64,000 nucleotides of DNA from Candidatus Woesearchaeota archaeon (GCA_964344705.1 CAYFOG010000001.1:48984-112983); one strand, 5' to 3'. Counted from the first letter of the stretch, positions 37,356-47,286 are shown. Notes: a model not told the origin generated them from the sequence alone. A program made the numbers and translations.

Positions 37356-39269
37356 ATGGCAGATAATTCTGGTACAACAACCAATAAAGAGAAATGGATT
37401 GAGATTGGGAGTGCGCCGAAGGCTATTTTCAAAGCAGGAATATATGTATTAGTTATTTTCTTCTTTGCGGTTTTAGGTTATAATACTGGAGCCCCATTAA
37501 TCTGGTTTACTTATGTAGCAAACTTTTTTTGGGATATATTTAATTTGATTGCAAGAACAATTGGTGTTCCTGGAATTTCTCCTTTTTTTCTTGACTTTGC
37601 CTATGTTGCGGTAAAGAATGGAACGGGTTTTATTTTGAATGGTCTGTTTGGTTGGTGGCTCGTTCAAAATTTTTATCAAGGCACAAATAAAGTGGCCGGT
37701 GCTAAAAAATTAACAAGTAGCCTGTTCAATTTGGTCATAATTTTTCCATTAATTTGGATTTTTCTGAGTTTAATTATTACAACAGTTTACACAGGTTATG
37801 TTCCTTTTACAGACACAACAATGAGTCCATCACTTTGTGATTTTCAAAATTCAGCTCAACAAGCTGTTGGCTTGAGTCCGGTGTCTTGTGATATTTCTTC
37901 AATAACTGCGTCTATTGAGAGACAAGAAGAAGAAGCAGAATTTACAGCGACGACGGGAACGGGAATTTTAGGAAGGCTGTTTTCTCCAGTTATAGAGTCG
38001 ACGGGCGTTGGAAAAGTATTCAAATCTCGAGATGTGACGGATGAGAATGTTATTAATGCAGACGCAGGTTCAACTCTAACTGATTTGCGTGCTCCGAAAT
38101 TAAGTTATACTGCAAATGATAGAGTTGCAGAAGATATTAAGATATTAGCAAATATTGAGGCCAAGAATTTGTTCTTAAATCAACCAGGTAGTTCCAAGAT
38201 TGAAGTCAAGATTGAGCCAAGCATTTCAGATGCTCAATGTAGTAGTTGTTCAGGATTTAGCTGTTTGGCTGAAGAAGTTAATCTGCCGTTCTATGCTTTT
38301 GATCCTCTAGAAGATAATTCTATTGAATTTAATGCGGAAAATATTGAAGGTTGGTGTGATGAAGATGAGCAGGGCGGAAAGTGGACTTGCGGAATTAGTG
38401 GAATTTCTGAAGAAGATAGAATTGCTCCAAACACTTTCAATTTAGGAAGCGGATTCCACCAAGAGATTACTTGCATACATCCTGGACTTTCCTTGAGCGA
38501 AGAAGTGTTTGTTGATGGAGATGATGTAAAATATGATGGTCTTGGTAAACCGTTCTATGTTGATGTTGATTTCTCATATGATGGAACCGCCGCAGCAAAC
38601 AAACAATTGTTTGTGATTGACAAGAATGTTGCTCGTCAGGAAGAAGACCCGCTAACGGCACTGAGCTTACAAGATTACATAATTTCCAATTCTTATAATG
38701 ATGGAAGAGTAACTTTGGGAATTGGAACTGACACTTTGTATGAGTTTGTTACTCCAACTTATGATGAAGATTTCTCTTCAGATGTACTTGAACTTGCGTT
38801 AAGTTTCAAAGTAAATAGATATCCCGGTGGATATAAAGCAGAAGTCAACAAAGTTACTTTATGGGTCCAAGTTTTGGATGAATCTGTGGGATTCGTTTGC
38901 GGAAATGAAGGATTACCGAAGAAAGTTGATGGAAAATGGCAAATTGATAATCCTTGCGAAGTCGGCGAGCGAAGCGGAAACTTCCATTATGAAGGAACTG
39001 ATGAAACTGAAAGCTATCACAAGTTTGTTATGAATGCAGAGAATGCAACTGAGCTTGGTGCCAAGACGGAGTTGAATGTTGGGCAGTTTGCAAATTATGA
39101 TATTGATATGTTTATTCCTTCAGAAGTGCTGGCTGGAGCCAGTTATCAAGGTATTTTAATAGAGGCCGAGGTTGATTACACTTACACTACTCGAGACGAT
39201 ATATTAGTTAGAGTGACGCACGATGAATTTATTTCAGACGGAGCATCAGACATTGAACAGAACATATAA
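37356..39269 (+). CDS. Hypothetical polytopic membrane protein (about 4 N-terminal TM helices) with a large Cys-rich extracellular domain
   Basis: 637 aa. Multiple Cys clusters (CSSCSGFSC, WCDEDEQGGKWTCGISG, VCGNEGLP...NPCEVG). The start is 1 nt after the previous stop. Confidence 0.5.
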   Translation: MADNSGTTTNKEKWIEIGSAPKAIFKAGIYVLVIFFFAVLGYNTGAPLIWFTYVANFFWDIFNLIARTIGVPGISPFFLDFAYVAVKNGTGFILNGLFGWWLVQNFYQGTNKVAGAKKLTSSLFNLVIIFPLIWIFLSLIITTVYTGYVPFTDTTMSPSLCDFQNSAQQAVGLSPVSCDISSITASIERQEEEAEFTATTGTGILGRLFSPVIESTGVGKVFKSRDVTDENVINADAGSTLTDLRAPKLSYTANDRVAEDIKILANIEAKNLFLNQPGSSKIEVKIEPSISDAQCSSCSGFSCLAEEVNLPFYAFDPLEDNSIEFNAENIEGWCDEDEQGGKWTCGISGISEEDRIAPNTFNLGSGFHQEITCIHPGLSLSEEVFVDGDDVKYDGLGKPFYVDVDFSYDGTAAANKQLFVIDKNVARQEEDPLTALSLQDYIISNSYNDGRVTLGIGTDTLYEFVTPTYDEDFSSDVLELALSFKVNRYPGGYKAEVNKVTLWVQVLDESVGFVCGNEGLPKKVDGKWQIDNPCEVGERSGNFHYEGTDETESYHKFVMNAENATELGAKTELNVGQFANYDIDMFIPSEVLAGASYQGILIEAEVDYTYTTRDDILVRVTHDEFISDGASDIEQNI

Positions 39270-39293
39270 AAATGAGGGAGGGCTTCATAGATT

Positions 39294-40274
39294 ATGAAGA
39301 AACTTCATGTAATCATGCTTATTCTAGTAGTATTTCTGAGTGGATGTACTGCTGATGAGTCTATTGAGGTTCCAGTAGCTTCTAATTATGTTGGATTGGT
39401 TACAAGCGTTTATGCAGATTCTTTACCAAGTTCATTATATGAAGGAGATGCAATTTATTTGCAGTTACAGGTTGAAAATCAAGGAGATCATGATGTTGCT
39501 ACAAGTGAGTATTATCTGAACATAAAAGGAATTAATCCTGGAGCTTTTGAGGGTTTGGATGAGACCGATCTAACCAAAACTTCTAGCACGAATTTAGCGT
39601 CATTAGGTGCTTTTGGTAATGACACAATTGTTCGAGGTCAAGAAATATTTACTCTTGGTGAATCATTTACTTATTGTAATGATATTGATAATGACTTACC
39701 TTTGAATCTTCATGCTAAATCTTGTTATGATTACGGAACAACTTCAGAAATATCTGCGTGCTTTATTGAATCAACCGCAAGTATTGATGGAGAAATTTGT
39801 ACGGTTTCAGAATTTAAGCCAGTAACAAACAGTATTGCGCCGATAGTGATTACTGAAATTGCAGAGAGCGTTGCAGGAGCATCAGATGTTCGATTTAGAG
39901 TAAAAGTTGAGAACCTTGGAGACGGAACAGTATTTGACAAATATGCTTTGGGAACTGAGACAGATACTATTGTTGGTTGCGATAATTTGGTTCGAGGAAC
40001 AAGCAACCTGGTGTATATTGAGAAAATAACTTTGGATGGAATACCTATGAATTTGAGATATGAAGGAGGTGTTGAAACTACTTCAGATGGAAGAAACAGA
40101 TTTAGACTTGATTCAACGGGCGCGGGAAGATTCTCTTTTGTGACTGGAACAACAGGTCTTGAATTTGTTGGTAATGTTGAGATTGAGTTAAGTTATGGTT
40201 ACACTGAGACAGACGTCTTTAGCTCAACAATCAAAGCACTTCCAGACTTTAGCCCGACGTGTAGTGTTGCCTAA
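39294..40274 (+). CDS. Hypothetical lipoprotein (lipobox LSGC), paralog of the next gene
   Basis: Signal peptide plus the lipobox VFLSGC. Conserved Cys pattern shared with the 40277 protein. SD GGAGGG upstream. Confidence 0.55.
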   Translation: MKKLHVIMLILVVFLSGCTADESIEVPVASNYVGLVTSVYADSLPSSLYEGDAIYLQLQVENQGDHDVATSEYYLNIKGINPGAFEGLDETDLTKTSSTNLASLGAFGNDTIVRGQEIFTLGESFTYCNDIDNDLPLNLHAKSCYDYGTTSEISACFIESTASIDGEICTVSEFKPVTNSIAPIVITEIAESVAGASDVRFRVKVENLGDGTVFDKYALGTETDTIVGCDNLVRGTSNLVYIEKITLDGIPMNLRYEGGVETTSDGRNRFRLDSTGAGRFSFVTGTTGLEFVGNVEIELSYGYTETDVFSSTIKALPDFSPTCSVA

Positions 40275-40276
40275 AA

Positions 40277-41263
40277 ATGAACATTCGAAAAGCAATTATT
40301 GTGGTTTTGTTAATATTTGTTAGCGGATGCGTTCATGGAGCGCAAACTACTTCTAGCGGAGATATTGGAAGCGGACTGATTGGCACAAATAACGGAATCA
40401 TTTTTGAAATGTCAGAAATTCCACCAGCGATCAGTTCAGGTCAAGCATTTGGTTTAGAAGTTTCAGCGACAAATGCTGGTTCATATTCTGTAAATCCAGG
40501 AGACGTCAGAGTTTCATTAAGCAATTCAAAATCCTTCAATTTTTTATTGAATGAAGATTTTCAGCAAGTGATAGTTGGGGAAAACGGTTTAACTAATAAT
40601 AATGTTTTGCTTAAGTCTTTGGACGCAGATGTTCTTGGAGATTCAGCAATTTTCTTGTTTGATGATTTGTCTTACAAAACTAAACCTACTCAAGATATTC
40701 AAGTTCCGCTTACAATTGATACTTGTTATTATTATTCCTCTGTTGCGTCCGTAAATATTTGTGTTGCAAAAGATACGTCAAGCGAAATTTGCAGTTCAAA
40801 CGAAGCTAAGTCTGTTGTAAATCACGGAGCTCCAATAAAGGTTTCAGGATTTGAACAAATAAGTAGTTTGGGCAACAAAGAAGTAATTACATCAAATATT
40901 CGGATCGATGTTGATGCTGTTGGAGATGGCAAATTTGAATCTTATTCCACTCCAAAGCCAACATTGGATTGTACTGCTCCAGCAAGCGATATTATTCTTA
41001 ACTCAGTAAGATTGAAATCTATTCAAGTTGGAAGTCAAGCAATAATTGAAGGAGATGATATTGACAGCGTTTGCGAAGTTTCTCAAGATGGCGGAATTAT
41101 TAATTTGGATGCTGATGGAAAAGGTTCAATCGTTTGTAATGGTGTTAGACTTTATGGACAATATACAGAATCAATTGGTGATTTTGAAGAAAGAATGGTA
41201 ATTACTTTGGATTATTTGAATTCAGACAGCATTACTGGAAATTTGAAGGTTCTATCAAATTAG
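40277..41263 (+). CDS. Hypothetical lipoprotein (lipobox VSGC), paralog of the preceding gene
   Basis: Signal peptide plus the lipobox IFVSGC. Shared C-x(8-10)-C-x9-C region and similar length (328 vs 326 aa). Confidence 0.55.
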   Translation: MNIRKAIIVVLLIFVSGCVHGAQTTSSGDIGSGLIGTNNGIIFEMSEIPPAISSGQAFGLEVSATNAGSYSVNPGDVRVSLSNSKSFNFLLNEDFQQVIVGENGLTNNNVLLKSLDADVLGDSAIFLFDDLSYKTKPTQDIQVPLTIDTCYYYSSVASVNICVAKDTSSEICSSNEAKSVVNHGAPIKVSGFEQISSLGNKEVITSNIRIDVDAVGDGKFESYSTPKPTLDCTAPASDIILNSVRLKSIQVGSQAIIEGDDIDSVCEVSQDGGIINLDADGKGSIVCNGVRLYGQYTESIGDFEERMVITLDYLNSDSITGNLKVLSN

Positions 41264-41296
41264 AAAGCTTATAACTTTTGTTTGAGCAAGTAGTTT

Positions 41297-41875
41297 ATGT
41301 ATTCGCTGGAAAATCTTCCGAACTGTACTTTGTGTAATGAGCTTGCTTTGACTAGAGCACAAGTGGTTGTTGGAGATGGATTCACAAATAATCCAAAAAT
41401 TGTTTTTGTTGGCGAGGCGCCCGGGTCAAATGAAGATATTCAAGGCAAACCGTTTGTTGGCAAATCTGGACAGATTTTGCGCAAGACTTTGGAAGCTCTT
41501 GGATTTTCAGAAAAAGATTACTATATTACAAATGTTGTAAAGTGCCGACCTCCAGGTAATCGCGACCCAAAGTTTGAAGAAGCTAAAAATTGTTTCCCCT
41601 ATTTACAAATGCAATTAGAGAAATTTAAGCCTAGAATTATTTGCTCTCTTGGAGCTCATGCGACAAAGTACTTGATTTCCAATGGTGATTTTGAAAATGT
41701 AAACAAAAAAACAATTTCTGAAAACCGAGGCAAGATAGTTGACATTAAACTTGGTAGTAAGTCTTACAAATTAATGCCTTGTTATCATCCTGCTGCAACA
41801 ATTTATAATCAAAAATTAAGAGACACCTTTGTTGGAGATTTGAAAAAACTCAAAGAAATTGCTTATCCAATATAA
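41297..41875 (+). CDS. udg: Uracil-DNA glycosylase, family 4
   Basis: VFVGEAPGSNEDIQGKPFVGKSGQIL and HPAA motifs, with Fe-S cysteine ligands. Confidence 0.75.
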   Translation: MYSLENLPNCTLCNELALTRAQVVVGDGFTNNPKIVFVGEAPGSNEDIQGKPFVGKSGQILRKTLEALGFSEKDYYITNVVKCRPPGNRDPKFEEAKNCFPYLQMQLEKFKPRIICSLGAHATKYLISNGDFENVNKKTISENRGKIVDIKLGSKSYKLMPCYHPAATIYNQKLRDTFVGDLKKLKEIAYPI

Positions 41876-42636
41876 CTCATGTCTCCAGATTTTCCAGACA
41901 TTCGTTTTACTGTTTTTGTAAGAACTTTGTTTCCTTTTTCCCGCTCCTTTTCTTCTTGAATAATTTCTTCATCCAATTCCTTTAGATCAAGATCTAAATC
42001 AAGCAATTCTTTCAAAACTTTAAGCAGAGATTTTGCTTCTTTTAATCCTATGTGGAATTGATGTCCAAAAGTTTCAACAATTAGTCCAACACCTTCAATG
42101 TCATTTAATTTTCCAATTCCAAGAAGTAATCCGGTTGCACCGACAATTGCGTCAGCTTTTGTTTTGTTAAAAATAATATTCTTACTTTTTTCACCAAAAT
42201 CTGTTTTTATTTCTTTAGAAGTTGCAGCTCCGTAGACTTTCGGATTTTTAGGTTCTGACATTGTTCCAATTCCGCCGAGAGTTATCATTTTTTTACAACC
42301 CAATTCTTTAACTTTCTCAACAATTAAATTACTAAATTGATAACTTGCTTCTTCATCAACCGGTTGTACGTCTCCAGCAAGCAGAAGCAAATCTTGATTA
42401 TTGACCTTTGCTGCAAATATTTTAACTGCAGGCATTTCAACTAAATTACTATCATTTACAAAAACAGAATGTGGAAAACTTGTTGAATATATTTCACAAA
42501 TTGGTGTTGGTTCGAATTTGTCAATCAGAAAATCCACGGCAATCTTACCAACATTTCCCACTCCAGGAAGACCTTCGATTAGGATTGGATTTTTCAATTT
42601 TGGCGAGTTCAAAGTCTTTACTAAGTAACGCTCCAT
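41863..42636 (-). CDS. PAC2-family proteasome assembly chaperone-like protein
   Basis: IEGLPGVGNVGKIAVDFL motif, with an acidic coiled-coil C-terminus. Confidence 0.6.
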   Translation of the reverse strand: MERYLVKTLNSPKLKNPILIEGLPGVGNVGKIAVDFLIDKFEPTPICEIYSTSFPHSVFVNDSNLVEMPAVKIFAAKVNNQDLLLLAGDVQPVDEEASYQFSNLIVEKVKELGCKKMITLGGIGTMSEPKNPKVYGAATSKEIKTDFGEKSKNIIFNKTKADAIVGATGLLLGIGKLNDIEGVGLIVETFGHQFHIGLKEAKSLLKVLKELLDLDLDLKELDEEIIQEEKEREKGNKVLTKTVKRMSGKSGDMSYIG

Positions 42637-43418
42637 TATTTTATCTCCACAGACTCAATTGTTCCCTTGGCCTTATTTAATTGTTTAGATAAAGAATCGA
42701 ATAACTCTTCAACAATTTTACTTGCACCTTTTTGATCCGGATGCTTAAATTCAAAACGATAAATTGGAGCTCCAATATATTTCACTGTAAGTTCTCCATC
42801 CTTCTCTTCGACAAATTTGATTGCATCTTTGACAGTCTTTTTAACAATTTCAAGACCGTTTGAAGCCTTAGATTCCAGAGTAACTTTGAATTTCAGATTA
42901 GCAGTTTTTACCTTAATTCTTCCTTGTACAACTGAAAGCAAACTTTCTCTGAGCTTTTTGTCAAGCTTTAACTCATTCAGTAAGGAATTATCAGAGATAA
43001 CTTCTGAAAAGAAGGGAAATATTAATCCATATTTGTCCAATAAAGGTTTTCCAATTTTTTTGAATGCTTTTTCATAATCTAAATCTGCTTGTTTTGCCAC
43101 GAAGCTAATTATTTCATCAGCAATTTTTTCATTTTTCCATTCTTCTTCTTTAGTTCGCTCTTGAGATACGCCCACTTTACGAATAGATAAGTCAATACCT
43201 GTTGAATCAGATTTTATTACTTTACCAACAATTTTTCTGCCGATTTTGAAGAAAACTTTAAGCGTTCTAACTTGCTTTCGATGCATTTCTGAGGTGTTTA
43301 GAACTGCCTTTAAATCCCTGTATTCATCGAGAGTTAATTCAACTCTGTGCGGTGATACACTAATTACTGTCGCTATTACAAAATCTCCAACTTCAGGTAG
43401 TCCGTCTTTCAAATACAT
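42636..43418 (-). CDS. eif2a: Translation initiation factor 2 alpha subunit (aIF2-alpha)
   Basis: N-terminal S1 domain (LPEVGDFVIATV...), helical and alpha-beta domains. Conserved cluster with rps27e and rpl44e. Confidence 0.8.
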   Translation of the reverse strand: MYLKDGLPEVGDFVIATVISVSPHRVELTLDEYRDLKAVLNTSEMHRKQVRTLKVFFKIGRKIVGKVIKSDSTGIDLSIRKVGVSQERTKEEEWKNEKIADEIISFVAKQADLDYEKAFKKIGKPLLDKYGLIFPFFSEVISDNSLLNELKLDKKLRESLLSVVQGRIKVKTANLKFKVTLESKASNGLEIVKKTVKDAIKFVEEKDGELTVKYIGAPIYRFEFKHPDQKGASKIVEELFDSLSKQLNKAKGTIESVEIK

Positions 43419-43426
43419 GAGTGTGA

Positions 43427-43609
43427 TTACAGTTCCTTAATTACTTTAGCAATTAATTTGGCTTTACCACCTGTTGACTTTGCTAGAATTTCTTTGCAAA
43501 CTGAGCAATTTACATTGCCAGCTGCTTTTTCGAAGATAATTTGCTCATTCTTACATTTAGAACATTTAACCTTCAGGAACTTTGATTTGGTTACTTTTAA
43601 GTTTGCCAT
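43427..43609 (-). CDS. rps27e: 30S ribosomal protein S27e
   Basis: C4 zinc finger FLKVKCSKCKNEQIIF...VNCSVCKEILAKSTGGKAKL. Confidence 0.8.
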   Translation of the reverse strand: MANLKVTKSKFLKVKCSKCKNEQIIFEKAAGNVNCSVCKEILAKSTGGKAKLIAKVIKEL

Positions 43610-43905
43610 TATACTTGAGTTGCCTTCTTCAGTCTATTGAAAGACCGTGGTTGAGACTTACCACATTTTTCGCAAGTTAATAGGAATGTCGGCTTTGTAG
43701 TTTGTTTGTGTTTAGTAGCAGCTTTAGCTCTTGGCATTCCGCCATATCCTGCCATAATTTTGAAAACTCTTCGAGCTCCTTTATTCAGTGCGTTTTTCTT
43801 TGTCTTCGGACGTGGTTTGTTTTTCATCAGTTTCATTGAGTGTTCCTGATGTTTTCTGCAATCCTTCGCAGGACAATATGTTCGAACTGTTTTTGGAAAT
43901 TTCAT
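43609..43905 (-). CDS. rpl44e: 50S ribosomal protein L44e
   Basis: N-terminus MKFPKTVRTYCP; C-terminus CEKCGK. Confidence 0.8.
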   Translation of the reverse strand: MKFPKTVRTYCPAKDCRKHQEHSMKLMKNKPRPKTKKNALNKGARRVFKIMAGYGGMPRAKAATKHKQTTKPTFLLTCEKCGKSQPRSFNRLKKATQV

Positions 43906-44689
43906 TGTTTTGTATAACTTCTGAAGTGTTTATAACTTCTTCGGTATCGCTGCTTTCCGGTGCTACGAATGTTATTTCATCAGTGATTTCAGCAGGTTCG
44001 TTGGCTGGTTTTTGCGCATCTAGAATTTCAATTACTTCATCAGGAAGTTTAACTTTTTGACCGGCAGTAAAGGGTCCATATTTTTCCATATTTGGGCCGT
44101 AGAATTCAGGAGTATTGTTTGTTACTGTATAATCTTTCATAGCTACGGATTTATTTTTTTCCACTTGTGTAGCTATGGCCTTTTTGAGTTCTTTTTTAGC
44201 AGTTGCTCTTCCTTCTTTGAAGTGTTTTTTTACATCAATGTCTTCTCGAAGTTTCAAAGGCTGCATTATCTGATTTGGATAATTACCGTCGTTGTCAATT
44301 GTTGCTGTAAACCCTTTCCTAAATCTTTTTAGAACAAATATTAACTGGTCATACAATTCTTCTTCAACTTCAAGCATATTACTTGTGTCTCTAATTGAAT
44401 TTTCAACTCTGCTGTTGAACACTGCGCGATTGATTAATTTCCGTTCCCGTTTTTCAAGCAAATCTTTAATGACTCTGCTCGCGTTACCTATTTCAATTTG
44501 AACTTTGGCTCTATTGTGTGTGGCAAATAAGTTTGTGGATTGGTTTTGACCTTGTGTTGCCTTCTCCTTTTCTTTGAAATACTCTTTAATTTTTCTAAGG
44601 TCTTCTTTTGTCAGTTCTTGCAAGTCTGAGGAGAATTTTTCATTTCTAGAAATTTCATATATGTCCTCATAATTAAATGTCTCAACCAT
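43781..44689 (-). CDS. Probable GINS subunit (Gins51-like) with a long acidic, S/T-rich C-terminal tail
   Basis: Helical A-domain pattern (LQELTKEDLRKIKEYF...ASRVIKDLLEKRERKLINRAVF), directly downstream of priS. The tail overlaps the rpl44e 5' end by about 125 nt in another frame. Confidence 0.5.
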   Translation of the reverse strand: MVETFNYEDIYEISRNEKFSSDLQELTKEDLRKIKEYFKEKEKATQGQNQSTNLFATHNRAKVQIEIGNASRVIKDLLEKRERKLINRAVFNSRVENSIRDTSNMLEVEEELYDQLIFVLKRFRKGFTATIDNDGNYPNQIMQPLKLREDIDVKKHFKEGRATAKKELKKAIATQVEKNKSVAMKDYTVTNNTPEFYGPNMEKYGPFTAGQKVKLPDEVIEILDAQKPANEPAEITDEITFVAPESSDTEEVINTSEVIQNNEISKNSSNILSCEGLQKTSGTLNETDEKQTTSEDKEKRTE

Positions 44690-44723
44690 CAATTAAATTT
44701 TGGGTTCAGATTTAAGTATATTG

Positions 44724-46022
44724 TTATGATTGAGTGGAAGATTTCTTTTTCTTTGGTTTTTCAACTTTTACACTTACATAAGTCAGCGGATTCTTAATTC
44801 TCTTGCAAGTTGAATCTGGAAAACATACGCCGATTCCAATGTAATGTTCTTTGCAGTTTGGAGGAGGTACGGTTTTAGCTTGACGTCTGTGCCAAATTAA
44901 TTGACTTCTTATGTAGCCTCTTTTTAGCGGCGGAGAATTTTTCTTGTTCCATTCATATATTTCATTTTCAAGTTCCGTCCAATCCATGTCAAAATTTTTG
45001 TAAAAGTTTATTAGTGCGAGCAAAGCTCGTTTTCGCCCATCTTCAAGTCCGTTATGAATCCGTTTCATACAAGGAGGAAACAAATCTTTATTCATCTTCA
45101 ATTTTACACGCTCAAATGAACGCTTGAAAGTTCGAGTTTCCTGCTCTTCAATTTCTTCCACACTAATTCCTGCAAAAAGTTTTTTTGCTTCCCCAACCTC
45201 GGCTTGAGCTCTCTTGAAAAAAGGTTTAGTATCTTTTATGTTATCCAATTTTGCAAAGTCTTTTTTGAAACTTGAAAGATCTTCAGGTTCAATCACAACT
45301 GATGCAAGTCCAGATTTTTCGTGCAGACTGTAAGGACTTCTGATTAAGTGTCTCGGACTCGCCATTGCTAAATCAATATCCATTAATTTTAGATAATCAA
45401 CTTTACCATCAACAGTAATTTCTTCTCTAGCCTTTCCCGTTTTTTTCAAAAGTGCGTTAAAATCTTTTTCATAATATTGCGGGTTTGAATTGTTTAAATA
45501 TTCGTTCAATTCATTTTTCAATTTTGTCAAGAATCTTTCAAGCAAAATTGGAAAAGATTTTCGAACTATATATTTCCCCCTAAGAATTTTTTCTGGAAAT
45601 GCTTCATGCGGTACCGAAATATGCCATCCTTTGTTTCCCGAAAATTTTAATCCAATTGAATTGACTTCATGACTTTTTAGATATTCAATTATCAGTTGTG
45701 CTGTCTTTACTGAATAGTCAAACCAAGGGCAATCAATGTCAATTATTAAATCCCAACCCTCTCGTAATTCGTTAAGCTGACCTTCTGTGGTTTCTGAAGA
45801 AAGTTTAAGAGGATCTGAAAAATTTTCCACGGAAATGTGGAATGAAGTTGTACCTCTTCTGGCGAATTCTTTTACATCGGCAGGAAATTGTAATATTTGC
45901 GGACGTTTTCCGAAACCACCTTTGTTAAGCAAAATTGCGACTTCCTTATTTTCAGCAGACTGAGATATTGCTAACGCGATTTCAGGTCGAGAATACCATC
46001 TGATAACGTCAGATTGTTTCAT
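44724..46022 (-). CDS. priS: DNA primase small (catalytic) subunit PriS
   Basis: Catalytic motifs DLIIDIDCPWFD and KFSGNKGWHISVPH, plus a C-terminal Cys cluster. Confidence 0.75.
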   Translation of the reverse strand: MKQSDVIRWYSRPEIALAISQSAENKEVAILLNKGGFGKRPQILQFPADVKEFARRGTTSFHISVENFSDPLKLSSETTEGQLNELREGWDLIIDIDCPWFDYSVKTAQLIIEYLKSHEVNSIGLKFSGNKGWHISVPHEAFPEKILRGKYIVRKSFPILLERFLTKLKNELNEYLNNSNPQYYEKDFNALLKKTGKAREEITVDGKVDYLKLMDIDLAMASPRHLIRSPYSLHEKSGLASVVIEPEDLSSFKKDFAKLDNIKDTKPFFKRAQAEVGEAKKLFAGISVEEIEEQETRTFKRSFERVKLKMNKDLFPPCMKRIHNGLEDGRKRALLALINFYKNFDMDWTELENEIYEWNKKNSPPLKRGYIRSQLIWHRRQAKTVPPPNCKEHYIGIGVCFPDSTCKRIKNPLTYVSVKVEKPKKKKSSTQS

Positions 46023-46047
46023 AGAATTTTCTACGAGTGAAAGGTTA

Positions 46048-47046
46048 TTAATTCTTCTTTAGTGAATAGGTAGTAAATTCATTTCCACCAACTCGTTTTT
46101 CTGGAGGAATTAGTTTGAGTTCAAGAAGATTGTAGACTGATTTTTCTGTTTTTGTTGGAATTTGCTTGTTTGTTTCTCTGTCAAAGACGCCCCATTCTGA
46201 AAGTTTGTAACCTTTCTTGATTGCTATTTTTCTGAGCATAATGTTATGTTCAATGCTTCCAGTGAAATATTGAGCTGCCGCACCATAAGATTCTGGCGGA
46301 ACGACTCTGAGATCAATTTGTAGAAAGCCATCAAAAAGGATTGAGCTTTTTGTTTCTCCCTTTACAAGAGTTCTTACTGATTCAGGCATTTTTGTGAAGA
46401 AATTCATAACTTGTTTTGGTTTTGTTGAGGAAACTAAGATGTCAATATCTCCAATTGTTGATTTTTTTCTCCTTAGTGAGCCCATATAATTCACTTTTTG
46501 AACTTCCTTTAGTTTTTTCAGGCGAGAAACAATTTTAGTCGCAATTGGAAGTGCCTCAGTTCTCGGAATTCTATTTTGAAATTTCTTTTTCCGTTCAATG
46601 TTACTGAGAATTTCTTTTTCTGATTTTTTCCCGAAACCTTCAAGCGCTTGAATTTTTCCGTTCTTTGCTGCAGATTTTAATTTGGCCAAAGAATTTATTC
46701 CGAGTTCTTGGTAAAGTCGCTTTACCTTTTTTGGACCCATTCCAGGAATTTGTAGAATGTCAAGAACTCCTTTCGAAACTTCTTTTGTCAAGCTGTTGAA
46801 CTTGTCAGATTTTCCTTTATATTTGAGCATGTATTCAATATTCTCAGAAATGGTTTTTCCGACTCCGTCAATATCTCTCAGCGCTTTAATTCCTTCGAGT
46901 TTGTATAATTCCGCTAAGTCTTGAGATTCATCTTCAACAGAACGTGCTGCTCTTCGGTATGCTATTGGTTCATAACGAACATCCATAATTTCCAATAAGT
47001 CGGCAATTTGATACAATTTCTCCGCCACTTTCTTATTGGTGACCAT
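46048..47046 (-). CDS. DNA polymerase X-family (Pol beta-like) polymerase domain only (no PHP domain)
   Basis: HhH motifs (GVGKTISENI, IPGMGPKKVKRL) and the nucleotidyltransferase motif GSLRRKKSTIGDIDILV; 332 aa. Confidence 0.65.
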   Translation of the reverse strand: MVTNKKVAEKLYQIADLLEIMDVRYEPIAYRRAARSVEDESQDLAELYKLEGIKALRDIDGVGKTISENIEYMLKYKGKSDKFNSLTKEVSKGVLDILQIPGMGPKKVKRLYQELGINSLAKLKSAAKNGKIQALEGFGKKSEKEILSNIERKKKFQNRIPRTEALPIATKIVSRLKKLKEVQKVNYMGSLRRKKSTIGDIDILVSSTKPKQVMNFFTKMPESVRTLVKGETKSSILFDGFLQIDLRVVPPESYGAAAQYFTGSIEHNIMLRKIAIKKGYKLSEWGVFDRETNKQIPTKTEKSVYNLLELKLIPPEKRVGGNEFTTYSLKKN

Positions 47047-47180
47047 GTAATTGTATTGTGTTGGGAGTTAATTAAAGTTACCCCAAGGCTTTTAAACCAA
47101 GAATTTGACGGAAAAGTATGAAACGAGTTGATTATCCCCACGTTCGGGAATGATTTTTCTAGCTCGAGTTCTAGTAAGTT

Positions 47181-47188
47181 TTTTAAAC
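47181..47188 (+). promoter_or_regulatory. Box A/TATA-like element TTTTAAAC 24 nt upstream of tRNA-His
   Basis: Same octamer as upstream of the SRP RNA. Confidence 0.35.
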
Positions 47189-47211
47189 GGAACAAATTAG
47201 ACATAGATAGT

Positions 47212-47286
47212 GGAGAAGGTGGGGTAGCTTGGTTATCCTCTCTGCCTGTGGCGCGGAGGACCCGTGTTCAAATCACGGCCTTCTCC
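47212..47286 (+). tRNA. tRNA-His (anticodon GUG) with genomically encoded G-1
   Basis: Hand-built cloverleaf: G-1:C73 extra pair, acceptor GAGAAGG/CCTTCTC, U8, anticodon loop CTGTGGC, 4-nt variable loop, T-arm CCGTG-TTCAAAT-CACGG. No CCA encoded. Confidence 0.85.
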
